Below are positions 9,462-17,767 of a stretch of 64,000 bases of DNA, one piece after another. Within the stretch, counting starts at the first letter, position 1; each line of letters starts with the position of its first letter. Source of the DNA: Acutalibacteraceae bacterium. Lineage in GTDB: Bacteria; Bacillota; Clostridia; Oscillospirales; Acutalibacteraceae. The notes under the pieces were generated by a model. It ran no database searches and was not told where the DNA came from. It was given only the letters and a program-made list of their open reading frames with translations. The stretch spans positions 671-64,670 of the forward strand of contig JAZQTM010000104.1 in assembly GCA_045630765.1 (NCBI GenBank). Direction: 5' to 3'. The position numbers and the translations under genes were made by a program.

Positions 9462-10386
9462 GGCTCTTTTTAGCGGGGGAACGTTTAGGCTTTGAGGGGA
9501 CAGATTCGGCAGACGCAGCAAGTGAAGAGGCAAACAAGCCTAGTGAAACGTCACCGTTTTGCTGCAATTCGCGCTCAAAAGAGGGGGCGTGCCCGTATTG
9601 CTTGGTGTAAACACGAGAAAAGTATTCCAACGAGGAGAAACCGCACATTTCCGAAATCTTGGAAATGGGATGCTCACTTTTCAGCAAAAGAGCAAGTGCG
9701 TTGGAGCAACGATAACGGTTGATGTACTCAACGATGGAAATTCCGGTTTCCTTTTTAAAGAATTTCGACAAATACCAACGGGAAATACCCACCTGATTAC
9801 CAATCGTTTCAAGCGTGAGCGGTTGTGAGTAATGCTCGTGAATATACGACGTAATGGATTGCAAAAGGGGAGGAGTACCGTCTTCTTCCGAGGAGGTTTT
9901 CGTATGCTTTCGCAGCAACTGCAACAGAATCAATTGTATTAAATTTTGAATATACAAGTTGTTCCACGCCAGCGCCTGTTTCTTTTCTCGTATCACCGAA
10001 CGGAAGAGTTCGATGATCTTCGCATCTTTTATCAACCCCTCAAACGTGTAGGTCCACACCTTATTCCCCGCAGGTAACAAGGCTTCGTTGAAGGTTAACA
10101 TCCAAGCCACCAACGGCTCATTGGTAACGCCTTGCATGAAGCGGTGCGTTTGGAGAGGATTAACAACAACCAATTCACCGGCAACAGCGGTAAAAAATGA
10201 TCCTTCCACAAAACACCCCAGCGTTCCTTGTTCTACCAAAATCAATTCCAGGTGATCGTGTCGATTGAAAGCGGAAGCATTTTCATTTTCAAAATTTTCG
10301 CAGCGAAGCGAAAATAACTCACCCTTTTTCAGGTGAGTCCCCAATGGAATATTATGCGTGTCGTTGGTAGAAGTGTTCATAAGCAA
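9436..10386 (-). CDS. AraC family transcriptional regulator (cupin-like sensor + HTH)
   Basis: The C-terminal half carries a typical AraC double HTH (LTLETIGNQVGISRWYLSKFFKKETGISIVEYINRYRCSNALALL ... CGFSSLEYFSRVYTKQYGHAPS). It is divergent from the GH130 genes. Confidence 0.85.
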   Translation of the reverse strand: MLMNTSTNDTHNIPLGTHLKKGELFSLRCENFENENASAFNRHDHLELILVEQGTLGCFVEGSFFTAVAGELVVVNPLQTHRFMQGVTNEPLVAWMLTFNEALLPAGNKVWTYTFEGLIKDAKIIELFRSVIREKKQALAWNNLYIQNLIQLILLQLLRKHTKTSSEEDGTPPLLQSITSYIHEHYSQPLTLETIGNQVGISRWYLSKFFKKETGISIVEYINRYRCSNALALLLKSEHPISKISEMCGFSSLEYFSRVYTKQYGHAPSFERELQQNGDVSLGLFASSLAASAESVPSKPKRSPAKKSQKKPPSST

Positions 10387-10601
10387 CTCCTAAAATTAGC
10401 CAATATAATACAGGGGCGTAACAACATTAACACTTGCGTGCCGAAAGATAAAATGTTATAGTAAAACTGTATATAATTCACAGTATTCTGCGACTTTCTG
10501 CCGTAAAGTATAGCATAATATCGACAAGATAGTCAAGAGGGTTTTTGTGAATAATACCGCACTACGTATTGTGGCAGATTTGATATTAAGGAGAATGGCA
10601 A

Positions 10602-11543
10602 ATGGGAAAAGAAAAAGTATTCAATGAGTTCATTCTGCACCGTAGCGAGCACAACCCGTTGCTATCACCGTCAGATTTTCCGGGCGGTTTTGCCGACTCG
10701 GTTATGAACTGCGGTCAGGTTATCCACGATGGCAAGATTACCTTGTTGGTAGCGGTTGTTTATCGCGGCAGATACAATGGCGCGGAAGCCGGTATTCATG
10801 TGGCGACCAGTGAGGATGGTATTCATTTTGAAATCAATCCTGAACCGCTCTGCAAACCTGTAGATTGGGCTCCCGGCTGGAAGGAAATGGACCGTTGGGT
10901 TATCGATCCGCGCGTAACAAAGATCGACGATACCTATTATATTGTTCGTCCCGGCCAGTGTCCCGCCGGTCCGGTTGCCTTGTTGGAGAAAACCAAGGAT
11001 TTCAAATCGGTAGAATATATTGATTGCATTTCGTTACCTTCCAACCGTGTTCCTTGCTTGTTCCCCGAGAAGGTGAACGGCAGATATGCTCGGCTTGACA
11101 GACCGAATGCGGGCGGTATTTGGATTTCCTATTCACCCGATTTGGTTCATTGGGGCAGTTTCAAACCGCTGTTGATGCCGTGGGGTGCCTTTTTTGGATT
11201 GAAGGTTGGCCCGACACCTCCGATCAAGACCAAAGACGGTTGGTTGGAAATTTTTCACGGCGTGTGGCGCAACTGCGCGAACGAGCGCTATTCATTGAGC
11301 GCGATGTTGCTTGACCTGGATGATCCCTCCAAGATCATCGGCAACATGGAGAGCTGGATTTTGACCCCGCAAGCAGATTGCGAGCGTCTTGGAAACGTGA
11401 ACAATGTTGTGTTTGCGTGCGGTGCTTTGGCGGATGAAGAGAAAGATGAAATCCGTGTATACTACGGCGCCGCGGACGAGCACGTTTGCTTGGCAACCGG
11501 TTCGCTTAGCGAACTCATTGATGCTTGTAAAAAAGGAATCTAA
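10602..11543 (+). CDS. GH130 family glycoside phosphorylase, copy A (beta-mannoside phosphorylase-like)
   Basis: DPR catalytic-Asp context (WVIDPRVTKIDDTYYI). Basic phosphate-site-like residues are present (NRVPCLFPEKVNGRYARLDRP, IFHGVW), and the tail is YYGAADEHVCLA. RBS AAGGAG. Confidence 0.75.
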   Translation: MGKEKVFNEFILHRSEHNPLLSPSDFPGGFADSVMNCGQVIHDGKITLLVAVVYRGRYNGAEAGIHVATSEDGIHFEINPEPLCKPVDWAPGWKEMDRWVIDPRVTKIDDTYYIVRPGQCPAGPVALLEKTKDFKSVEYIDCISLPSNRVPCLFPEKVNGRYARLDRPNAGGIWISYSPDLVHWGSFKPLLMPWGAFFGLKVGPTPPIKTKDGWLEIFHGVWRNCANERYSLSAMLLDLDDPSKIIGNMESWILTPQADCERLGNVNNVVFACGALADEEKDEIRVYYGAADEHVCLATGSLSELIDACKKGI

Positions 11544-11577
11544 TAATCATTTTCTTAAAGCAAAAGGAGAAAGTCAA

Positions 11578-12543
11578 ATGGCAAAAGAAAAGGTATTAAA
11601 CGAGTTCATCTTACATCGTAGTGAGCATAACCCGCTGATTTCACCCACGGATTTTCCGGGTGGTATTGCTGACTCGGTTATGAACTGCGGTCAGGTTATC
11701 CATGACGGCAAGGTCACGTTATTGGTAGCGGTTATTTACCGTGGTCGATTAAACGGTGCGGAAGCCGGTATCCACGTAGCAACCAGTGAAGACGGTATTC
11801 ATTTTGAGATCAATCCGGAACCGCTGTGCAAACCCGTAGACTGGGCTCCCGGCTGGAAGGAAATGGATCGCTGGGTTATCGATCCGCGCGTAACGAAGAT
11901 CGATGACACCTATTACATTATGCGTCCCGGTCAATGCCGTCCGACCCTCGCTCCTGTTGCGTTGCTTGAAAAAACGAAAGATTTCAAATCTGTCGAATAT
12001 ATGGGTTGCGTTGCTTTGCCGGAAAACCGCGTGCCGTGTTTGTTCCCTGAAAAGGTCAACGGTCGCTATGTGCGTCTTGACAGACCGTACGCAACCAAGA
12101 ACACTCCTCAAGGCGGCATTTGGATTTCCTATTCGCCCGACCTCATTCACTGGGGCGATCACAAGCCGTTGTTGATGCCGTGGGGTGCATACTTTGGTTT
12201 GAAAGTTGGTCCGACGCCTCCGATCAAGACGAAGCATGGTTGGCTTGAAATTTTCCACGGCGTATGGCGTAACTGTGCCAACGATCGCTATTCGCTCAGC
12301 GCGATGCTGCTGGATTTAGAGGACCCCTCCAAGATCATCGGCAAGATGGAAAGCTGGATCCTGACCCCGCAGGCGGATTATGAGCGACTCGGCAACGTGA
12401 ACAACGTCGTATTTGCTTGTGGCGCGTTGGCGGATGAAGAGAAAGACGAAATCCGTGTTTATTATGGCGCGGCTGACGAGCACGTTTGCTTGGCAACCGG
12501 TTCGCTCAGCGAACTCATCGACGCCTGTAAGAAAGGGCTGTAA
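11578..12543 (+). CDS. GH130 family glycoside phosphorylase, copy B
   Basis: A paralog of copy A. ATG at 11578 follows AAAGGAGAAAG. The track ORF start at 11404 overlaps copy A in another frame and is rejected. Copy B carries a YATKNTPQGG loop insertion relative to copy A. Confidence 0.75.
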   Translation: MAKEKVLNEFILHRSEHNPLISPTDFPGGIADSVMNCGQVIHDGKVTLLVAVIYRGRLNGAEAGIHVATSEDGIHFEINPEPLCKPVDWAPGWKEMDRWVIDPRVTKIDDTYYIMRPGQCRPTLAPVALLEKTKDFKSVEYMGCVALPENRVPCLFPEKVNGRYVRLDRPYATKNTPQGGIWISYSPDLIHWGDHKPLLMPWGAYFGLKVGPTPPIKTKHGWLEIFHGVWRNCANDRYSLSAMLLDLEDPSKIIGKMESWILTPQADYERLGNVNNVVFACGALADEEKDEIRVYYGAADEHVCLATGSLSELIDACKKGL

Positions 12544-12606
12544 TCCCATTTAATCTGTCTCTAAATTGCGGAGAAAACCGAAATTTAAAATAAAGGAGAA
12601 TATCAA

Positions 12607-13566
12607 ATGGCAAAAGAGAAAGTATTAAACGAGTTCATCTTACATCGTAGCGAGCATAACCCGTTGATCTCGCCGACGGATTTCCCGGGCGGTATCGCTG
12701 ACTCGGTTATGAACTGCGGTCAGGTTATGCACGAGGGAAAGGTCGTATTATTGGTAGCTGTTGTCTATCGTGGCAGATACAATGGCGCTGAAGCCGGCAT
12801 CCACGTGGCAACCAGTGAGGATGGTATTCATTTTGATATCAATCCCGAACCGCTGTGCAAACCCGTAGACTGGGCTCCCGGCTGGAAGGAAATGGACCGT
12901 TGGGTTATCGATCCGCGTCTGACCAAGATCGACGATACCTACTACATTATGCGTCCCGGTCAGTGCCCCGGCGGTCCGGTAGCGCTGCTTGAAAAAACCA
13001 AGGATTTCAAAACCCTTGAGTACATGAGCTGTGTATCGTTGCCCGCCAACCGTGTGCCGTGTCTGTTCCCCGAAAAGATCAACGGTATGTACGTGCGGTT
13101 CGATAGACCGTATGCCGTCAAAAACACCCCGCAGGGTGGTATTTGGTTATCGTATTCTCCTGACCTCATTCACTGGGGTAATCACAAACCGGTGTTGATG
13201 CCGTGGGGAGCATACTTTGGCTTGAAGGTTGGTCCGACGCCTCCGATCAAGACGAAGCATGGATGGCTTGAAATTTTCCACGGCGTATGGCGCAACTGTG
13301 CGAACGATCGCTATTCGCTCAGCGCTATGCTGTTGGATTTGGAGGATCCCTCCAAGATTATCGGTAAGATGGAGAGCTGGATTTTGACTCCGCAGGCGGA
13401 TTACGAGCGTCTTGGCAACGTGAACAACGTTGTGTTTGCTTGCGGCGCAATAGCAGACGAAGAGAAAGACGAGATCCGTGTGTACTACGGTGCTGCTGAC
13501 GAGCACGTTTGCTTGGCAACCGGTTCTCTCAGCGAGCTGATTGATGCTTGTAAGAAAGGTCTGTAA
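12607..13566 (+). CDS. GH130 family glycoside phosphorylase, copy C
   Basis: A paralog of copies A and B with the same DPR, NR and IFHGVW motifs and the loop YAVKNTPQGG. RBS AAAGGAG. Confidence 0.75.
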   Translation: MAKEKVLNEFILHRSEHNPLISPTDFPGGIADSVMNCGQVMHEGKVVLLVAVVYRGRYNGAEAGIHVATSEDGIHFDINPEPLCKPVDWAPGWKEMDRWVIDPRLTKIDDTYYIMRPGQCPGGPVALLEKTKDFKTLEYMSCVSLPANRVPCLFPEKINGMYVRFDRPYAVKNTPQGGIWLSYSPDLIHWGNHKPVLMPWGAYFGLKVGPTPPIKTKHGWLEIFHGVWRNCANDRYSLSAMLLDLEDPSKIIGKMESWILTPQADYERLGNVNNVVFACGAIADEEKDEIRVYYGAADEHVCLATGSLSELIDACKKGL

Positions 13567-13624
13567 TAGCGCTATTCTTAATTAAAGTGCCTGCTATATC
13601 AGGTCAAAAGAAAGGTGATAGAAT

Positions 13625-15016
13625 ATGAAATTAGCCTTATTGGTAGCAAACCGTGGCTTCTTCCCGAGCTCGGTTATTGAATCCGCATACAGCGAAATGC
13701 TGGCAGCGTTTAAAAAAGTCGGTGTAGAAGCACTCTGCATCGATGACGGCGTTACGAAATATAACGCTGTCGAAACTACGCAGGAAGGTATGGCGTATGC
13801 CAAATTCTTGGAAGCCCACCGCGGCGAATACGACGGTTTGGTTATTTGCCTGCCGAACTTCGGTGATGAAAACGGCATCAAGGCCGCTATCGCCGACGTC
13901 AACGTGCCGATTCTGATTCAAGCCTATCCGGATGAGATCGGCAAGATGGACTTTGCTCATCGCCGTGACGCATTCTGCGGTAAGCTGGCACTGGGCAGCG
14001 TACTGGCACAGATGGGTAAGAAATACACGGCATATGCACCTTTCGTCGTGCATCCCGCCAGCGAGGAGTTCCACAAGCAGTTGTCGACCTTTGCGGCAAC
14101 TTGCCGTGTGGTTGCCGGTATGAAGAAAATGCGCGTCGGTTGCATCGGTGCAAGAACGACCGCGTTCAAGAGTGTCCGCTTTGACGAGTTTGCTCTCGAA
14201 AACGTGGGTATCGATGTCGAAACCTACGATCTTTCCACCTTCGTTCAGGCTATGCAGAAACTGGACGATAACGACAGCGCTGTGCTGGAGTGGAAGAAAA
14301 AGTTAGCGGATGTCGTTTGCTTTGCCAACGCTCCGGAAGGCCGCGAGTTGTCAGTCGCGAAACTCGGCGTAGTGGTTTCCCGCTTGATCGAAGAGAATCA
14401 GTTGGATGCGATCGCAATCCGTTGCTGGAGCGAATTGCAAACCACGTTCGGCATTTCGCCCTGCTCCATTATGGGTATCCTCAACCAGAACGGTATTGCT
14501 GCTGTTTGCGAGACTGACGTTGCCAACGCCATCGCGATGAAAGGCTTGTCCTTGGCGGCAGGCAAAGGCGCAGGCTGCTTGGATCTGAACAACAACTACG
14601 GCGACGAGTTGGATAAATGCATCCTGTTCCACTGCGGTCCGCTTCCGATGGATTTGATGCAGGGTCCCGGCGAGGCGCAAAGTCACAAAATGTTGGATAA
14701 ATCCTTTGGTCCGGATTGCAGCTGGGGTCTCAACGTCGGCAAAATGAAGACCGGCGCGGTTACCTATTCCGGTATGCGTACCGAGAACGGCAAACTGCAG
14801 TTCTTCGTTGACGAAGGCTGCATCACCGATGATCCGGTAGAAAAGGAATTCTTCGGTGTTCCGGGCGTTCTGCAAACTGAAAACCTGCAGAACAAGCTGT
14901 ACACCATCGGTATGGCTGGATTCCATCATCACGCAGCGATCGTTTCCGGTAATGTCGCGGATGCGGTAACGGAAGCTTTCACCAAGTACTTGGGCTATCA
15001 GCTGATCGATTGCTAA
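13625..15016 (+). CDS. L-fucose/L-arabinose isomerase family-like protein
   Basis: The 463 aa length and N-terminal MKLALLVANRGFFP pattern recall the sugar aldose-ketose isomerase family. So do the internal CETDVANAI, FHCGP and GFHHHAAIVSG segments. The assignment is from memory only. Confidence 0.5.
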   Translation: MKLALLVANRGFFPSSVIESAYSEMLAAFKKVGVEALCIDDGVTKYNAVETTQEGMAYAKFLEAHRGEYDGLVICLPNFGDENGIKAAIADVNVPILIQAYPDEIGKMDFAHRRDAFCGKLALGSVLAQMGKKYTAYAPFVVHPASEEFHKQLSTFAATCRVVAGMKKMRVGCIGARTTAFKSVRFDEFALENVGIDVETYDLSTFVQAMQKLDDNDSAVLEWKKKLADVVCFANAPEGRELSVAKLGVVVSRLIEENQLDAIAIRCWSELQTTFGISPCSIMGILNQNGIAAVCETDVANAIAMKGLSLAAGKGAGCLDLNNNYGDELDKCILFHCGPLPMDLMQGPGEAQSHKMLDKSFGPDCSWGLNVGKMKTGAVTYSGMRTENGKLQFFVDEGCITDDPVEKEFFGVPGVLQTENLQNKLYTIGMAGFHHHAAIVSGNVADAVTEAFTKYLGYQLIDC

Positions 15017-15077
15017 AAAACAGAAATAACCTGTGGTGTGTCGCACCTTTAAGGTGCGAGAATTACGGGAAAGAGGG

Positions 15078-15106
15078 AAGAGAGAAGCTTGCTTCTCTCT
15101 TTTTTC
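15078..15106 (+). terminator. Rho-independent terminator
   Basis: AGAGAGAAG-CTTG-CTTCTCTCT followed by a T-run, after the isomerase-like gene. Confidence 0.75.
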
Positions 15107-15167
15107 TTGCCCTTTTTTAATAAAAAGCTTAATTTCTTTTAGTTTAGCTGTATTCAGCGTAAAAAAG

Positions 15168-15196
15168 TTGTAAATATAATGTTTTTATGATAAAAT
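15168..15196 (+). promoter_or_regulatory. Sigma-70-like promoter TTGTAA-17-TAAAAT
   Basis: Hexamers read directly, with a 17 nt spacer, about 30 nt upstream of the 15228 start. Confidence 0.4.
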
Positions 15197-15227
15197 GATA
15201 ATAAATATAAATAAAAGGGGAATTATC

Positions 15228-15908
15228 ATGATTAAAAACAGAACCGCACAACTCATTTACCAGACTATCTACGTAACTCTTGGTATTGTTGGCTTTGTTG
15301 CTTGCCTTGGAATCTTTGATAATATCAATGTGATCCGTTGGGATTTCTATGTGCACTTCACGAACATCAGCAATTTTCTTTGCATAGGCGTTATGCTTGC
15401 CGGTCTTATCCAAACCGCAAAGAAAAAGGAAGACAGCTTTGTTTCTGCCGCTCCCATCCTCAAGTTCATTGGTATGCTCGGCATTTTGCTCACCTTCCTT
15501 GTGTTTAACATTATGCTTGCCGGCGCCGAGGGCCGTGATCCTCAGGCAAACTGGAGAATCGGAAGCCTTTGTTTCCACGTGGTTCTTCCCATTATGTACA
15601 TAGCTGACTGGTTCTTGTTCTACGAGCGCAAAAAGTGCAAATGGTATTATCCCATTGCCTCTATCGCATTCCCTTTAATTTATGTGATTTTCCTTCTTAT
15701 TCAGGCGGTTATTTTGAAGTTTGATTCTTCGATTTTGATTCCTACCACTACGACCCCTCTTATCTATCCTTACTTCTTTGTCAATCTTGACACACAGGGC
15801 GTTTCCGGTGTTCTCACCTGGATTGGTATCCTTTCTGCGGCGTTTGTTATCGTTGGGTTTTTGTTCTTTGGTCTTGACAGACTTGGAAAGAAAAAACTTG
15901 ATAAATAA
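15228..15908 (+). CDS. Six-pass integral membrane protein (Pr6Pr/FAR-17a-AIG1-like, tentative)
   Basis: ATG at 15228 follows AAAAGGGG. Six hydrophobic spans carry the motifs HFTNISN, HVVLPIMYIADW and YPYFFVN. Confidence 0.5.
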   Translation: MIKNRTAQLIYQTIYVTLGIVGFVACLGIFDNINVIRWDFYVHFTNISNFLCIGVMLAGLIQTAKKKEDSFVSAAPILKFIGMLGILLTFLVFNIMLAGAEGRDPQANWRIGSLCFHVVLPIMYIADWFLFYERKKCKWYYPIASIAFPLIYVIFLLIQAVILKFDSSILIPTTTTPLIYPYFFVNLDTQGVSGVLTWIGILSAAFVIVGFLFFGLDRLGKKKLDK

Positions 15909-16113
15909 GGGTTGTGGAAAACTGTTATGAAAAAAGATGTTGTTTTTACCCCCGCAATGCTTATCGTCGGTGCTTTCACGGTATCGTTGCGCTTTCTATC
16001 ATTCACAAGGTGAGTGCCGTTTTGTTTATGGCGCTTATCATTGTGTTGTTCACCCATAAAGCGGTTACAAATAAAAAATCGTAATAGGTTAACGTATTGT
16101 GTAAGGAGCAGAA

Positions 16114-16803
16114 ATGGACAAATTAGTCAGAAAAATAGAAATTCCGCTTGCTCGTCGAGCAATAGAAAGAGCGGGACTGTATATAGTGAAGAAAGAGGAT
16201 CTTGATCGTCTTTCTGAAGTTGCGGCAGATGCATACCGTGATTACCCCTTACACAATTGGCTCACTAAGGGTAAATACGATGCCAAAGCATCCAAACTCA
16301 TTATGCAAATCACCCTTAAATCAATGACGGAAGATGCGATAATCTATGCCGATAGTGAAGAAATCAACGGCTTTGCGGTTTGGTTGCCCTTCGGTTTTAC
16401 GGGCAGCAAAACCCTTCCGTTTTTATTAAATGGCGGACTCAGTCTGATCCTTCATTCAGGCCTTGGGATTATCGGAAGACTTTTAACCTATGAAACCTAT
16501 GCGATGAATCTCAAAAAAGAGTTTACCGATAATTACGATTGGTACTTATACAACCTTTCGATCAAACAAGATGCACAGGGGAAAGGTATTGCCAGTAAAC
16601 TGATGCGCCCAATGTTGCAGTTTTGCGATGACGAAAGAATGGTCTCCTATTTGGAAACCAACAAAGATAAAAACGTTGGTTTGTATCAGCATTATGGGTT
16701 TGAACTCAAAAGGGAAGAGATAATTCCCAAAAGCCCTGTTACGCATTATTCGATGGTTCGGTATCCCATAGAACAACCGGAAGGGAGCAAGGACAATGCC
16801 TAA
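16114..16803 (+). CDS. GNAT family N-acetyltransferase
   Basis: Acetyl-CoA binding motif context LSIKQDAQGKGIASKLMRPMLQFCD ... NVGLYQHYGFE. RBS TAAGGAG. Confidence 0.75.
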   Translation: MDKLVRKIEIPLARRAIERAGLYIVKKEDLDRLSEVAADAYRDYPLHNWLTKGKYDAKASKLIMQITLKSMTEDAIIYADSEEINGFAVWLPFGFTGSKTLPFLLNGGLSLILHSGLGIIGRLLTYETYAMNLKKEFTDNYDWYLYNLSIKQDAQGKGIASKLMRPMLQFCDDERMVSYLETNKDKNVGLYQHYGFELKREEIIPKSPVTHYSMVRYPIEQPEGSKDNA

Positions 16804-17755
16804 AAAACAGAAAAAGTTCGCTGATGACGGCTGGGCTATTTGGGTAGATGGCGATGATACCAGTACCGTCTATATTAACGATTGGCTTAACCCTAAAGGT
16901 AAAAGTTATGTTGATTTAGCCGTTCGTATACGCGGTATGAAATCCGGAAAATCATTGCACGTATACGTGCCTTTTGCTGTTTCTTCTGAAGAGATAGAAG
17001 ACGTGTCGCTGCTTTTTAACGATACGAAAATTTTGCAGGCGACCTTTAGTGCTGCTTGTATTGTCGATTACAAGAAAAACGAATACACGTCAGAAATTGC
17101 CTATAACGGAAAAACGGTGGACATTGTACATATCAGCACTTTGGGATATGAAATAATCTCGTTGTCCGACGGCACACTGATTAACATCGATTTTGAAAAG
17201 ATCCAGCCGTTTATAGATAACGACGAAGCGTATTTTATTTGGCGTATGCCGCATAAAACCTTGGATGCCATATTCAAACCCCGCGTAAACGTGGGCAATG
17301 TAATGGACAGACTTCGCGACCTGATCACTACACCGGTTGTGTCTGAAAAATACGGCTATTCCATTCGCATTAACGAATCCCGCCTTTTGCCGGAAGAAAT
17401 CACAAGAATCGGTATGTTCCACCGTCAAAAACTAAAAAAGGCGGTCGTTACGCTTTCCGTTGATGAAAGCTACGAACTTAACGATGCAGGTTGCTACCGT
17501 ATTCGCCGTTTGGAAGAAAATTTGTATTGTGGTTATCTTCCCAACAAATACGATTGCGAAGACATTATTACGTATCAATGGCAACAAAATCGTGAAGACA
17601 ACCTGAAAGGTCATTTTAATTTCTACTATAACATTGCCAAAAACTCGGTAAGCAAAAGCAGTATGTTTTTGTATATGGTCTTGCTTTTAGCCATTGGTAT
17701 TTTCGGTGATCTTTTGGCAGAAATCGTCAAAACATTATTGCGTCAGGTTATGTAA
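16796..17755 (+). CDS. Hypothetical protein with single C-terminal transmembrane helix
   Basis: The start overlaps the GNAT stop by 8 nt. I recognise no motif. The C-terminal hydrophobic anchor is SSMFLYMVLLLAIGIFGDLLAEIV. Confidence 0.5.
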   Translation: MPKKQKKFADDGWAIWVDGDDTSTVYINDWLNPKGKSYVDLAVRIRGMKSGKSLHVYVPFAVSSEEIEDVSLLFNDTKILQATFSAACIVDYKKNEYTSEIAYNGKTVDIVHISTLGYEIISLSDGTLINIDFEKIQPFIDNDEAYFIWRMPHKTLDAIFKPRVNVGNVMDRLRDLITTPVVSEKYGYSIRINESRLLPEEITRIGMFHRQKLKKAVVTLSVDESYELNDAGCYRIRRLEENLYCGYLPNKYDCEDIITYQWQQNREDNLKGHFNFYYNIAKNSVSKSSMFLYMVLLLAIGIFGDLLAEIVKTLLRQVM

Positions 17756-17767
17756 AGGAGAGGTATT

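Larger units (their letters stand above)
10602..13566 (+). repeat. Tandem triplication of a ~1 kb GH130 gene unit
   Basis: Three head-to-tail paralogs are separated by 34 and 63 nt spacers, each with its own AAGGAG RBS. The proteins are highly similar, but the DNA differs at many synonymous positions. Confidence 0.9.

Noticed and set aside
9436-9480. Lys/Ser/Pro-rich C-terminal tail of the AraC regulator encoded by the bidirectional terminator stem, with the stop codon in the hairpin loop.
   Set aside because: This is probably a by-product of the ORF running into the terminator, where A/T tracts translate as Lys. Nothing indicates a functional domain, so I noted it only as a curiosity.
10484-10505. 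Adjacent TTCTGC-containing 11 nt direct repeat (ATTCTGCGAC / TTTCTGCCGT) in the AraC/GH130 divergent promoter region.
   Set aside because: The match is too short and degenerate to separate from chance. I also could not place a convincing promoter relative to it.
11404-11577. Upstream extension of GH130 copy B in the ORF track (start at 11404).
   Set aside because: The extension overlaps the 3' end of copy A in a different frame and has no similarity to the other copies. ATG 11578 aligns with the starts of copies A and C (MAKEKVLNEF) and has an AAGGAG RBS.
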